A DNA stretch of 64,000 nt from Vicugna vicugna (lineage: Eukaryota): assembly GCA_013265495.1 (NCBI GenBank), contig MU058418.1, positions 496,001-560,000 of the forward strand, in the 5' to 3' direction. The notes beneath the pieces were generated by a model, which saw nothing but the letters and a program-made list of their open reading frames with translations, searched no databases and was not told where the DNA came from. The translations under genes and the position numbers were made by a program. Position 1 is the stretch's first letter. Each line of letters starts with the position of its first letter. Shown here piece after piece: positions 14,015-27,409 of the stretch.

Positions 14015-14560
14015 GTATCAGGATTTTTAATGCAAGTAAGAGAAGACCCAAATCAAACTGGTTTAAGCAATAAAAGGTGTCTTTTATCTGATGGAACTGT
14101 AGAGTCCTAAGTTTGAGTGTGCTTCAGGGCAGGTTGATCCTGCAGTGCAGCGGTCTTATCATGGTCTCATCCCTTCATATGTCTATATATTCTTCTGTAT
14201 AGACTGTTGGCCATAATTCCAAGGCAAGCTCTCCAGAGGCCATGGGATGGCTGCTAGTGGCAGTCAGAGCTATATGCTTCTTTGTTCACATCCAGCAGAA
14301 GACAGAGTGCCTATGTCCTAGCATTTCAAGCAAGAGTCTTGAAATTCACACTCATTGTCTTTGCTTAGGTCACATGCTTGTGCCTGAACTGGGGACTATG
14401 ACCAGGGCAAATGGATGTTCTGATTATCTTGAGCTGATCAGGGCTTCCCTCTGACATTGGAGTTGGGCTCATTTTCCTTTAAAGCCCATGGGAAGCTGCA
14501 TGGGGAAGGGTAGCTACCAGAATGAAAATCTGGAAACTGTTTAAAGAGGGAAGGAGTCAG
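14015..14560 (+). mobile_element. Ancient MaLR solo LTR (MLT1-type)
   Basis: tgtatcagga...gcaagtaagagaagacccaaatcaaactggtttaagcaataaaagg start and ttaggtcacatgcttgtgcctgaac internal motif, typical of old MLT1 LTRs. Subfamily and strand uncertain. Confidence 0.72.
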
Positions 14561-15254
14561 AGTGATGGCTGATGGTAGGTGCTAGCAAATGTCCACAGGA
14601 GAGAAGGAGAGGTGATCCCATGAGGTGGGATTCTTCACACAATGAATGTGTCAAGCCCATCGATTTTTGTCATGTAGAAGGAATCTGAAACCCATGTATG
14701 GACTGAAAAATAAAAACGTGGTTAACATTCATCATAGGGCCCTTAGATGAACTACCTCTTCTGCCCAGGACCAGCTGCTTTGACAAACCCTGTAATTAGA
14801 ATGTTGGTTTTAGTGCCAGGACCAAAGTGCTGACTCTTTCTATTCTTTTTGGACTCTATAGAACATGAGATTGCACAGAGCTAAGACAAAGGGATTATAG
14901 TTAGCTGTCAGATATACTCATTTATGGAGAGGAACAAGGGTGCAGTTAAAATAGCAGAGAGCCCAGTATGTAGTTTGATCAGTATCAGTGGCCTGAGAGA
15001 TGTTGGCCAAGTACCATATTTGATGTGGGGAGGCAGATGCCTGAGACTGGATGGGTGATGGGATGAGGCTGCTGTTACCCATTAAGAGTTAGTCTGCTCG
15101 CCTACACATTTAAGCTACTTTCTCTGTGCTGAAAACAGAAGGGAAAGGAGAATGGTCAAACAAATTTTAATTTAGTCTAAGGCTGAATATTTTGAGTTCA
15201 GGTGACCAAAAGAGCAGAGACCTTGGAGGCTGCGGTTGTTAATTAATCTTTTAA

Positions 15255-15600
15255 TTAATTTATTTATTCAATGAATATTTGTTGAACAGCTACTATGTTC
15301 CAGACACTGGAGATACAGTGGCCCCCTCAAAAAACCCAAAACAACCTAGGTTCCTGCCCTCATGAAGCTTACAATTCAGTGGGGGATGGACATTTATTTT
15401 AATAATAACACAGATGTGAAATCACCACTGTGGCAAGTGCTGTGATGGTCTGGGCACAGTGCTGTGAGAGCCTCTCTTAGGGAGATCCGACTAGTCAGGA
15501 GATTTGGAAACATCCCTGAGGAAGTAGCTCTTGAACAGAAATCTGAGAGATGGAGAGGTGTTAAGTAGGGGGAATGGGGAAGGAAGAGCTTAGTGGGCTA
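15255..15600 (-). mobile_element. L2 LINE 3' fragment
   Basis: ttattcaatgaatatttgttgaacagctactatgttccagacactggagatacagtg...cctgccctcatgaagcttacaattcagtgggg...ccctgaggaagt. Confidence 0.85.
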
Positions 15601-15758
15601 AGGACACCACAACGTGATTTCCAATCCTGGCCCTGACTTGCTACTTCTTTGTTCATTTCAAGTTCCTTTCGAAGGAATGGAACTTCCCCTCCAAGCAAAA
15701 AAACCATTGAACAAATGAATATTCCCTGGAACAAGAATCCCATTTATCCACTTGTTTA

Positions 15759-15778
15759 TGCCTGCCTGCCTGCCTGCC
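15759..15778. repeat. (TGCC)5 microsatellite
   Basis: Read directly. Confidence 0.9.
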
Positions 15779-18700
15779 CGCCGACCCCTGGAGATTCGTT
15801 GCTTGCCTCTTGGCTTCTGCCTTCCTTGACTCTTCACTCAACTTCATAACTATCGTCAGCACATTAATACTAATTCATTTCAGGGACTGTACTGACAGCT
15901 TGTAACTCCTGGAGGAGTAAAATTTTTTAAATAAATAAGATAAAAAAGAAAACAATGATAATGATAAGAACCTAAGTGTTTTTAGTTATCAGATGTATCA
16001 GAAAAGCAACAGTGACCATAGGGAAAAGATTGGGTGAAAATGCACTGATTTGAGAGAAAAAAATAGTGTCATGACAAATGTGGTTGGATGGTTGAAAATA
16101 AATGGGTAAGCTACTTTAAGATGGAAAGATTTCCCCTCTATCCCCTACCCCACTGAGTGTGGAAAGAGATGTGGCTTTGCTATAGGGAGAAATTATAGAG
16201 CTATGTTAACGTTAATGCCAGGGCAGACAGGAAGTTTGGGTGATGATAAATTCCAGCAAAGAGGAATGCTTATTGACACACAGGTCCCCAGACTAGACAA
16301 CTGTGATAAAATAGAAACAGAGCAGCACGTCTGCTGGCATGATTGTGGAGGGTGGTTCCCATGGCACACGGTGTGGCAGGAGGGAGGAATTCTCCTCCCT
16401 TTCTCTGTCATCTTGGTTTCTGCCTAGCATTTCATTTAGCACCTAGGATCAGGGTGATAGGACCATAGAAATGTAGTGATAAATAAAAAGGCAGGTACGT
16501 AACTGGGATTTAATCTTCCTGGGTCTTAACTGGGTGACGTGGACATGCCTATTCTAAATGAAAGGGGTCTCCATCACTCTTCAGGGTGCAGAGAGAGATG
16601 ACCCTTATCAAGCTTAACCAAACCTTCACCTGCCTCAGGACCGTGAATGGAAACCACCGTACAGTTCAGCTGGAGTCAGCAGCCTCCTTTCCAGTTCCAG
16701 TAACTTCTGAAAACTACATATAGTGACAGTCATTTCCAAAAGAGGCTGATTTTAAAACTGTGATGAAAATGGCTAACAGCAGGCTGAAGGTTAAAGTAAA
16801 AAACTTAAAAACCATAAAATCTGCCTGGAGGCTATTTAAGCAAACTGTTTTCGAGGCACAGATGGTTCATATACCTCTGAGCCAAAAACAAAAAAAGTAA
16901 AAAAGGGACAGTAAAGCTGGCGTGATTAAGCAGACAAGTATGAAAGTTTTATTAGACTAAAAAGGCATCCTTTAGAAAAGTGAAAAATCTGTCTCAGGAA
17001 ATTCAGAAGACCAATGGAGAGTGGAGAGGACAAACAGATGACATGTCAGAAAGCAACCAAAGATGGTGAAAACACACAATGTGTTTGTGTACATTGGGTA
17101 TCAGAAGCTGTGCTCTAAGGATATCAGAAAGCAGCATAAGAGAAAGATGTAGCATGTGGAGAGTTGGGTGTGGCTTCCCTGCCTGTATTTTTGATGCAGA
17201 GAGGTTTTTTATAGGAATTTGGTGCAACTTAAATGGTAATTTGAAGCTCCAAGAAAAATCACCTGGAGCAAATTTGAGAAGCTTAAGTGCCATAAATCAC
17301 AGGGTCCAAAGCACGTGAAGGAAATAAAGTATAATGTAGCTGTTGGTGTTATTAACAGCTGTAAGCATATCTGAGAACTGGGAAATCTTTGGGGTGGGTG
17401 GGTCTCCAGCCACTTTTGAGGGTACCCTTGGGTGCTTATGGATGTAATGCTCTAAGTATGTTCCTGTGCATGGGCAGTGCAGGGGCATAGATGGGTACAT
17501 GTGCAGAAAGTCTCTGGTTTTTAGACTGGTGAGCTTCCATTATCATAATTGTGAGAAAAGTCAGACTCTGAAGAATAACAAAACAGTGCAGAGTTGTAGG
17601 GTCACCATTTGAGAAGCCTCCTTTGAGAAAAAAATAGTACTTGTGTCTTGCATTAACATTCAACATAAACCTAAATAAAAATGACCAAATATAGCCTTGC
17701 AAAAGTAAGGTAAACTTGGATTTTCCAAAATCGAAGTAATTCACTTAGAGTTTGGCTGACTCTTTCTGAAGGGACCCTGGAGGAAAATAAATAGCTGAAG
17801 GCAAGGAATAAAGCCTTGCTTGGACTAAGAACCTAGGTAAGGAGTGAATGATATTCCTCGGAGTACAGTTAAATTAGTAGCATGCCGTCCCAGGGGTTTA
17901 TATTAGGCGTAGTGTCACTTAATATACTGATTGCTTATTTGGAAGTGATGTCAGGATGGAGAAGTTTGTTACTTTCTCTAAATCGCTTTCATTTGAAAAA
18001 CCATAGAAGAATATCTCCCCTCTCTCTCCTTGCCTGCCCTCCCCCAAATAAACCCTGCTCTACAAATACATAAATATAATGAGGAATGCCATTTCCATTC
18101 ACCGAGCCATCAGCCAACATAAGGAAACAAAAGATTTGAATCTCCATACTCCCTGATATGGGTTGCCTCTTAGAAGCACCTCCAGAGAGCAGAATGTGCT
18201 CCTGTGTGAAGGGGGCTCAATTGTGTTCCTTGCCTAGAGTAAAAAAAATATGTAGCTTTTAAATGTTTGACTGCATTAAAGACAATCTTTTCGAGTGGAC
18301 AAAAGTATATCAAATAATATGCTGATAATCAAGCTTTGTCCCATCTTCACAGGAAATGTGAAGTTTGTTCTTCTTTAACCTGATTTTTATAAAAGACTAA
18401 TGCTGAACTTTAAAAGAGTTGACACGGAGGATTAAATATATTTTCATTAGACTCTGGGCTATACAAATATGGGACACGAGAGCCTGAAAAGGTATTCTGT
18501 GGAGGACAAAAGAACCAATAATAAAGCTAAATAACTGGTAAAGATAAATGTAATGAAAGTGTACCCTGCCTCTTAACACTCAGGGGTAACCTTTGCAGTT
18601 GGCCATCATGGAGAAAGACTGGGTCAGACTCCATGGCAGATGGTTTAATACACAATGCATATTTATTAGTCCACCGAGGCAGCCCTGGAAACGCAAGCAG

Positions 18701-20371
18701 GTTGTTAATGATCGTGTATAGCAGTTGTGAGCTGCTTCTGCTCTTGCAGTAAGGTATTCAGATGTCATGCTTCAAGGTTCAGGTTGATGAGTTTCTGGGT
18801 TGGGAAAACATTCCCCACTTTGTATTGCCCTGCATAGCTGATGGGCCATTCTCCAGGGAAGGGGTGATTTAGGCTACATCAGGTAAATAGAAGAGAGAGA
18901 AGGTGGACTCACACCCGAGGTCCATGATTCAGTCTGACAACTTCTTACTTCTGATTAAACTGGTAACATCGATAGTACACTGACTATGAGTATGAGTGAA
19001 TCAAATATGAAGACACTAGATAGACGTCTCTGCTATAAATCTAGTGAAACTTCAAACCTGATTAGTGAGTCAATACTGATTTTTAAAAAAAGAATCCCCA
19101 ATCTTATAGCCCCTTAGCACCAGAAAAAGACTTGCACTAATGATATAATTTTCACTTTCCTGTATCCTGAATTGTTTAGTAAGTAAAAAAGAATATTGGC
19201 CTCCCAAGTTCCAGAGCATTAATATTGACTTAAAGAGTGAATTAAAACAGATAAACTCCAGAGAATTAATTACAAAGAGGCATACTCCTAAGGCCAGGGA
19301 TGGAGCTTGTAGAAATTATTTGTATTTATTGAAGCTTAAATCAAGACAGTCAGAATCAAATAGAAATTCAGGAAGAGTTGAATGAAATGTTTAGATGCCT
19401 TATAGTGTTTCATTTAGGGTATTGTTTTGTATTAAATGTGATGAGTTAAAAAAAAGTAAAATAAAAAATGTGATGAGAGAAGAGAATTAAAGTGCAGCAA
19501 AGTAAACAGAGGTGAGATTCATATTTCCATTCCCTGCAAGCTGGAGTCCTCTTCTCATTCAAGCCCTTTTGCTCCCTTCCTTTGTATTTCTAATGCAGCC
19601 ATTTATCATTTAAATATCAGCGAAATTTAATTCTTTGTAACTCTGACATTCAGCTCTGGACAAGAAGATGTTTGACACCCCAGGGTCTGAATGTTTGGCT
19701 GAATACTGGTCAGGGGCTGATAGTGATGATGTGGACCTCAATTTCCTTCTCCCTGTGTATGCAGGGAGAGAAGAGGATGTATTAAACAAAACCTATGTCA
19801 GAGGGATTAGCACAGATTTTCTCTATCACCTGTACTCTCCAGGTACATCCAGGGCCTGGTAGCCATCACCATGTTGCTCTAGCCAGCGGTACAGGGGGTG
19901 AGAATTAGAGAGCCTCACTCACTCCTGGGCAGCCTGGCATCCACGGGGCTCCTCCTCTCCACATCTGGAAGGCCAAGCTTGCTCCTAGTGGAGACAGGAA
20001 GGAAGTTGGTTGCTTCCATCTCGATCATGGGTTCTGAGGCTGAAATAAATCCTTCTGTCACTTGGCCCCTTCCCAGGGGCTGCTATCAGCAAGACCAGGG
20101 ACATTTGGACCTAGTACTTTTGGCATGGGCCAGAAGAGTGGCCTTGGTTGGGAAGTAAAAGGCTGGAGAGAAGTGCAGGGATGCATATTTGGGTACAGAC
20201 TGGTGCATGTGCAACCCATGAATGAAGCCGCAGCTTAGTCAGGTCCTCAGAGGCTGGACCCATCTCAGGGCTGGGTGCCATGGAACACAGAAATCTGAGA
20301 CATGGTTTCTGCTCAGAAGAATGTCTGCCTGAGTTTTCCTGTGCTTGCATGGAAATTGACCTTATACCTCA

Positions 20372-20560
20372 CATTTATTCACTTAGTCATTGATGCGGTG
20401 TCCAGAGCACGCTGGGCATTGCTCTGTGGATGGGGAGACAAAGATAAATAAGGAGAGGTCTCTGCCTCTAAGTACAGCTGAAGAGAAGAGCCCAACAAAT
20501 AAACCAGTGATATGGTGCAAGGCAGGCAGGACAGCTGTGGGTAAGAACTGGGGGCCAGAC
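20372..20560 (-). mobile_element. L2 LINE 3' fragment, degenerate
   Basis: catttattcacttagtcattga...tgggcattgctctgtggatggggagacaaagataaataagg...gtctctgcctctaagt. Confidence 0.6.
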
Positions 20561-20934
20561 GGACTTCCTCCAGCCCAGGGGCCAGGCTGTAGGCCTGAGT
20601 GAGCACACGTGAGGATGGAGACAAAAATGTAAATTCAGGAAATGGGATGGATAGGAACAAAGCTAAGGATGGTGAGGCAGAAATGAGAGCGCCACACATC
20701 ACACATTAAAAACAGCTGTATAACCCTTATCACAACTCCCACATTATGTTTTAACGTTTTAAAACATTACCAACTTTAACAGAATGCTTAATATCATTTT
20801 GTCTTCTGGTTGTACTACAAAGATTCTTCTATAATAGAAGCAGCAAAGTAGACAATATATAGAAGTGGCTCATGACAGACCCGTGAAGGTTTGCATGCTT
20901 ATCTGCACACTTCCTGGACTGTTCAAACTGAGAG

Positions 20935-21050
20935 TGATGTTAGAAAGCTTCTCCGACATCCTCCTTTTACAGATGAGAAAACGGTGGCCCCGAGGAGAGA
21001 AGTGACTTGCAGGGGTCATGCAGCTAGTGAAGGACAGATACCTCAGATCT
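20935..21050 (-). mobile_element. MIR core fragment
   Basis: ccttttacagatgagaaaacggtggccccgaggagagaagtgacttgcaggggtcatgcagctagtga. Confidence 0.75.
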
Positions 21051-21263
21051 GCAGCCTGGGTGAGGTCTCTGATATTAATAAGAGGAGAGTTGTAATGGCA
21101 GTGGTCTGAAGAGCAATGGAAACTGTGCTTCCTTATGATTAGAATACCAGTATTTAGTAAGTGTGCATATAGACTTTATAAAAGGGCTTAGTGTGCTATT
21201 TTTCAAACTTTTATTTACCATGAACTTGTAGTAAGAAATAAATTTTGCTTTGTAATTTAGTAT

Positions 21264-21285
21264 ACACACACACACACACACACAC
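21264..21285. repeat. (AC)11 microsatellite
   Basis: Read directly. Confidence 0.95.
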
Positions 21286-21309
21286 CCCCCACACACACCC
21301 AAATTCATA

Positions 21310-21498
21310 CCCTATTTCATGGTATCTAAGTCACTTTGATGCTAGCATTTTCTTGATTTTACCTGAAAGTATCAACAGAAGATTTTCACATAGTTACATC
21401 ACAACCGCAACCTGGCTGACAACGATTGTAAGATGTATCGTGATTTCAGAAGTATTAAAATGTGAAAAGGTTTAGGCTTTAGAATGCACAAAATAGGG
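21310..21498 (-). mobile_element. Tc1/mariner-superfamily MITE (MER104/Kanga-like)
   Basis: Terminal inverted repeats ccctattt...aaataggg, TA on the left flank; reverse strand ttttcacattttaatacttctgaaatcacgatacatcttacaatcg resembles the MER104 consensus as recalled. Confidence 0.72.
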
Positions 21499-22441
21499 CA
21501 TTCTGTTTAAAACCAAAACAGAAGTTTCAAAAAACAATACTTATTTTCCTGCGTGATGTACTCTGGAATTTTCTTTTCTGTTCTTTTCTATCTCATTGAA
21601 AAGTTGCCGGTTAGGAGTCCTAAATGGATTGAGAAACTTGCTTGAAAATAGATTTGCAGATAGATTTGTACTAAATGTAATTATTATGGCAGGATAGGGG
21701 GCCCTTCTAGGCCTCACCATTGGAGTCTCCTTGACCTTAACACTACAGTTTTACCAGGTGAAATCAAGGTATTTCTATCAGCTCTTCTGAACTTCCATTG
21801 TGGACTCTCTGAACAGAGTCATATTTATCCCTTAAAAAAGCCAATGGTTGCCCCACTTGTAATTTGTTTTTAAGTATGCATTTGTCTTGGTGGAGAACTG
21901 GGGGCGATGGATGTACTGATCAGACAGTAAAAGGGAATGCTCAGATTTAAAACACGCTATGTCAAGCTCCTGTATGAGGTGAAAGTGAGGTAGGAAGGCA
22001 GAGGGGACCAGACAGGGAGGAGGGTCTGGAGAAGTGAAGGGGAAGAGGAGGAGCAGCCTCCTAGGCAGCTTCCACTGTGGTTCTGAGCCTCGGGCCAAAG
22101 GTGATGAGGAGTTAAATGGAGGGATAAACGGTCGCCATGTTTGGCCCCATCTTCTTCCCGCCGCAATCAGTGAGCCAGTGGCCAGTCATGTCCCGCAGAG
22201 CCATGCTGCTCATCACGGTGTAAGGCTCATCCCTCCCCAAGGCTGGCGCACGTCCCGGGAGTTGTTTGGGTGGACAACCTGGCTGCCAAGGGTAAAGAGT
22301 AGTCGAATCTATTTTATAGTAGGCTGATAAAGAAATGATGGCCAAGGCTTCCTGATTTAAATAATTTGATAAATCACAGCCTGATTAGAGGCAGGGTGAG
22401 GGTGGAATGGGGCACAGATCTGCATAGGCAACTGTCTGGGG

Positions 22442-22619
22442 CAGGGGTTCTTAACCTCTTGTTTGAATCATGGCCTCCTTAGATAATCTAAAGAAAACGT
22501 CAGAGTGGACATTTTCTCCAGGAAATAAACATACATACAGAGTTTACAGATAATTTCACGAGTTCATGGACTCTCTGAAATTCATTCGTGGACCTCTTGA
22601 ATCCAGGTTTAGAGTCCTA
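22442..22619. mobile_element. hAT-Charlie-type MITE
   Basis: Starts caggggttcttaacct and ends with its degenerate inverse aggtttagagtcct; internal gttcatggac motif. Confidence 0.7.
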
Positions 22620-25600
22620 AGGAAGGGTTATTGGAGGTGGGAGAGTTTAGCTCCCCATTTGCTCTTCTAAAAACTAGAATTCAACCCTTAAACCAGAGAT
22701 AGAAGACAAAAGGTTTTCTGACACATGCAGCCTGGAATGGAGGTTTGGAACATGTGGAGGTGAGTTGAGCTGTAAATCTATCAGCATGAGGGCCAGGACA
22801 AGCAGCCTTGGGGTTGACTGGTAGCGTTTGGCATCCCCTGGCAGATTTTTAGAAAAAGCGTCCAGTAATTAGGACAGAGGGCACTTCTACCTCAGTGCCG
22901 GAGGTGATGCACCTTCTGTAGGCCTTGAGAATCAAATGACACCGTTTTTCACCAATTTGTCCAGTACTTGGAGCATACAGACCCTTCTCAAAGTGGATGT
23001 CACTTAAGTCACAAAAACCGGTGATGTTATGGACAGATTCTCCCATTTGCATTGCAGAGACGTAACAGATGTGAGGGAGCACCCAGTCTTAGCAAGATGT
23101 TGGATTAAACAACATTTGCTGCCTGGATGTCCTGTCAGATGCATCGTAATACTTAGCAGACCTCCTTGCCACCTCTTAAAGGAACTTAACTGTCAGCCCA
23201 TTTAATGTTCCTTTCTAATGTAAAAATTTTAGATGAAGCCAATTTAGCTTAATTTACCAAGACGTCCCTTCATATTTGGGGGAGGAGAAGCAGGGCCCGA
23301 GTCCGTTGGAGCTGCCCCTTTGCGGAGGTCTGGAACACACACGGCACACAATGGCTTCTGTGGGTCACTGTGGTATTTGTTAGGGAAAAGCAACACCAAC
23401 CTGCTGCTGCCTCCCACTCCCACTCCGAAAAAAAGTATCATTCATGCCACCATTCCGTAGGTACAGGAATGATCTCAGGAAGCAGTTTCCCTCCAGTTTC
23501 CAGAATAGTCCAAGCACTGACCATTCTTTCTTCAGGGTCGGTGGTGGGGTGGGGAGAGACTGCTGTTCTGAGAGCCCTCCTGGGACTGTAGACGGATGCG
23601 CTTGGTCAAGTCCAGCAGAAGCTTTGTGCTGCGGTTAATCATTTTATTTTATTTTTTTCAAATCCCCTTCTGAGGGAAATCTGTGATGACATTTTTTTTC
23701 TCTGCACAGGTGCTAGAATGCATTGCGCAAATACAAACATATCCCACTTCATGAGAAAATTTGGAAGTCATTTTCCTTCCATCTGTCTGAAGTAGACTGT
23801 GCTCTAAAACTAGCCATGCACCCACCCGTTCTCCCACGCACCTTCTCGGTGACAAGGAGGAGATGGCATTGTAAGAGCAGGAAAAAAAAGAAAAGATAAA
23901 CCCCACAAGGCGTTTAAAGGATGGCTCATTAGTATCCTTTGGGCAGCTATGAACAACACGATCACTTCTGGGGCTGCGCCTTGTGCTGGGAAGAGTAGCC
24001 TTAATTTTCCTTCTCTTTCCTGTTCCGACATCCCTTTATTACAGGTACCTTTCCCAATCAAATTTCCAATTCCTTGCCGAACCTGAGTATTCTTTGATCA
24101 CAGATCATTTTCCTTTGTCCGCATAGGTAGGTAAGTTATGCTCATTTAGAAAAGGGAGGCAGCGCCAGTTTCCAGAGGACGCTGCAGCTGTATGCGCTCC
24201 GCAGTCAGACAATCAGAGGCCCAGCAGGGCACCTTCTGAGAGCAGCTGCACTGCTCTCCTCTCAAGCTCTCTGAGGCACTGGGCCCTACGTGCGGATTCC
24301 AAGCTACATTTAACACAATTGCCCATCAGCACTTAGGAAGCAGTTACCACAGAAACCCAGCGGAGACCAATTAGTCACATGATTAAATTAATTAAAATAA
24401 CCCAGGGCATCTGCCATCTTGCCTCTTTCTGCTACAGATAGCACATGACCCAGACAGAACCATAATTGGTTAGCAATACTGTTGTGTCTCCAAATTCTAG
24501 AACTGTCTCCTTATCATGGAAGGGGGTTCTCCTGATTTGCTTTTCTTTCCATAAGAACCCTCTTGGGTTGCATTGGAAGATAGCCCTTCCCTATAAGCCA
24601 GGCAGTATCAAATTTACAAAACATCAGATTTAATAAACAATGGGATTTGTTATGTTGGGGATAAGAGGATTTGGAAACATTTCCAACTGCACAGTTGAAG
24701 ACTTTTGGAGCTTCTTTAATGAGGGCTTTAACAATACATGCAGGAGGGTGCTCTGTAATATGCATTTACACTTGACCTGAGAATTCTGTGGCAATTCAGG
24801 GAACCCAGACCTCGGCTCTGCTTGTTAAAATAATAGAGGTGTTATAATGGCGCACAGGTGGCCTGTGTTCTGAGCTAGTCCTGAGTGAAGGGTGGTGTGT
24901 GGTGATCCCACTCAGTAGCTTGTCATTTGTAAAAGGCAGAAATGCACTGAAGCTAACGCAGTACACCAGTGCTTTGTCCTTGATATGCTAAATGACCTAA
25001 TAGTGGCCTCTCCAAAACCTTCATGTAGTGAAAGCTTTTCTATTATACCCGTGCCATACTTCTACACACATGCACACAAATCAGCTTACCTGAAATCTCA
25101 TAGTGCTCACAGCAGCATGATTTCCCATCACCTCAGACACCTTTCTGGAGACCCTTCTGACCCATCGCACTTGAGAGCAAATTATTGAACACAATTTGGA
25201 GATAGCAAGCGAGGTAATAGTGCGGTTTCCCAATGCTCTTTCTTTGTGAATTGCCTTGACACAATGGCATGAATTAATTATATAGCCTGACTGCATTAAT
25301 TTGTGCCTAACAAAGCAAGTGGCACAATCTCGTCTACAAACCTGGGCTCTGAGCAGGAGAACCACGGTTATACATGAACAAGAGGTAGCATGCAAATAAT
25401 TGGCTGGGAGACAGATCTTTCAGCAGCTGTAGGCATTGGGCTTGTTTGAACCTTACTTCTTCCCGGGTGAATCAGAGCCGAGTCAGACCTCAGAACAGAT
25501 GTGTCCATCTGGCAATTCTGAAAATAAGGTGACCGATAAAAGAGAGCCTCATGGTAGTTCAGAAAGCTGTGGCCCAACATATTATGTAACGAGCCTTAGA

Positions 25601-27214
25601 GGAAATTAATTGATAGGATGTCACCAGTAGCAATAATAAGAATACATGTTTGTATCACATTTTATAATTTATAAACATTCATATACCTCCAGGCTTGGAC
25701 TTCATCCCTTCTCTCTGATCTGTACCAATTGTGTTAGTTGCATATATTTTGTGTGTGCTTGGTACACTCATTTTGTTATTGGTGTGGTTAAGCAGAGAAA
25801 AAAAATTAGGTGTAGAAAATATATGTCACATATTAGAGGTCATTTTCCTTTGAAATCAACAGAACAATGAAAACATATGAAATGTTTTTTGCAGAAGCGA
25901 TTAATGAATACCTCCAGTAGCAGTGATTTTAAAAGTAAAACAAATAAACTATTTTATTCTTAAATAAAATATTAACAAATATTTATTAAATAAATATTAA
26001 TGCCTCTGTGAACCATAGGCTTGCTTTTCTAGCAGAAATCTGTTTCTACTATTTCCATATAAAATTTTTCTCAAGCTATTAAAAATTATGAAAGATATAG
26101 CTATTTGAGAACAGTGAATGGCTATTCTTCTGAGAATGGCAAAAGGAACCACAAATCAAAGTGGATCTCATGTCCTATAGTTGCACATCAGGCGTGGTCA
26201 AAATAAGTCAACCTTTCAGAAAGTCATTCTGAAATGTTTCAACAGATGGATGCTAAGTGCCAAGGAGTGGATTTAAAACAGATTTCATTTTATCTGCTCA
26301 CATTTTGTGCAGACTACACTTGATTATTCGTGAATTGAGTTTTCATAGCAATGCATGGGATTACCTGTCGTCATGATCACCCTAAATGCTGGCTGCCCAG
26401 TGGGACTTTGAGGGACCAAGATTGGTCATGGAGGGGAATATTAGTTGTGTGTGTTCCATTGCAATCTTTAGGTTATCCTTTGTCTTGTGTGATTCAGATT
26501 TCTCCCATCTTACCCAGGAGGATCAGCAAAAGATGACTCTGCACAATTTATGAATAATTTCTCCCTTCATTCTGCCTCCACCCTCCCATGTTATATTAGC
26601 ATTCATTGTATCTTGACCAGAATACGAAATTTGAACATCATGGAGTTAAGATGCTGACTCCAGGATCAATCCTGATATGCTTCTCAGACTGACACATTGT
26701 GGGGGAAAAAAAATCACAAAGTTAAATTTCTATGAAAATTGGGATTATAAGAAGTGGTTACTGCCTATATTGATTTTTTAGCCTTTTCATTGATCTTCCT
26801 GGAAAATCTTGGTTCTGAGTACTTACTGACACACTTACGTTGTCAAGGAAATCAACTTGAGATGAGAGAAAATGAAATACTTTGGAAATGAGTTTGTGTC
26901 TCTACTATTTTCATGAAGGTATAGTTCTTTAATAGTAAAAGGGCAGGGCAATTTCTGGAACTGTGTAGTAGCTCTATCATAAATTCTTTCAGGAATGAGG
27001 CAGAGCACAAATAAATTAATAAGCAAAATTGGATTAATAAGTAAAGCTACATAATATCAGGGCTACATGTTTGTTCCAACATGCTAATTCATAGCACACT
27101 AGGGAAGATAGGAAAAAGTTTAACATCACCCTAGTGATATTAAAAATTGAGCACTTGTTGTTTTATTCAACAAATATCTATTTAGATCAACAGCTCACTT
27201 CTTACAACTACTTT

Positions 27215-27409
27215 TCTTTTCATAGCATATAATACTACTGGAAATCATATATTTTTTATAGATGTTTGTCTATACGTCCCATTATAATAAAACCCAATGA
27301 AGATAGTAATTTGTCTGTCTTGTTTACTGGCGTGTCCCCAATGTTTAAAGCAGTGTCAGCCATATAAAAGATTCTTGATAAATATTCATTGAGTGAATAA
27401 ATGAATGAA
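27215..27409 (+). mobile_element. L2 LINE 3' end
   Basis: ttgtctgtcttgtttactggcgtgtccccaatgtttaaagcagtgtcagccatat...ataaatattcattgagtgaataaatgaatgaa. Confidence 0.82.

Noticed and set aside
25978..25998. 10-bp perfect inverted repeat aatatttatt-a-aataaatatt
   Set aside because: Entirely A/T within an AT-rich patch; plausible by chance.
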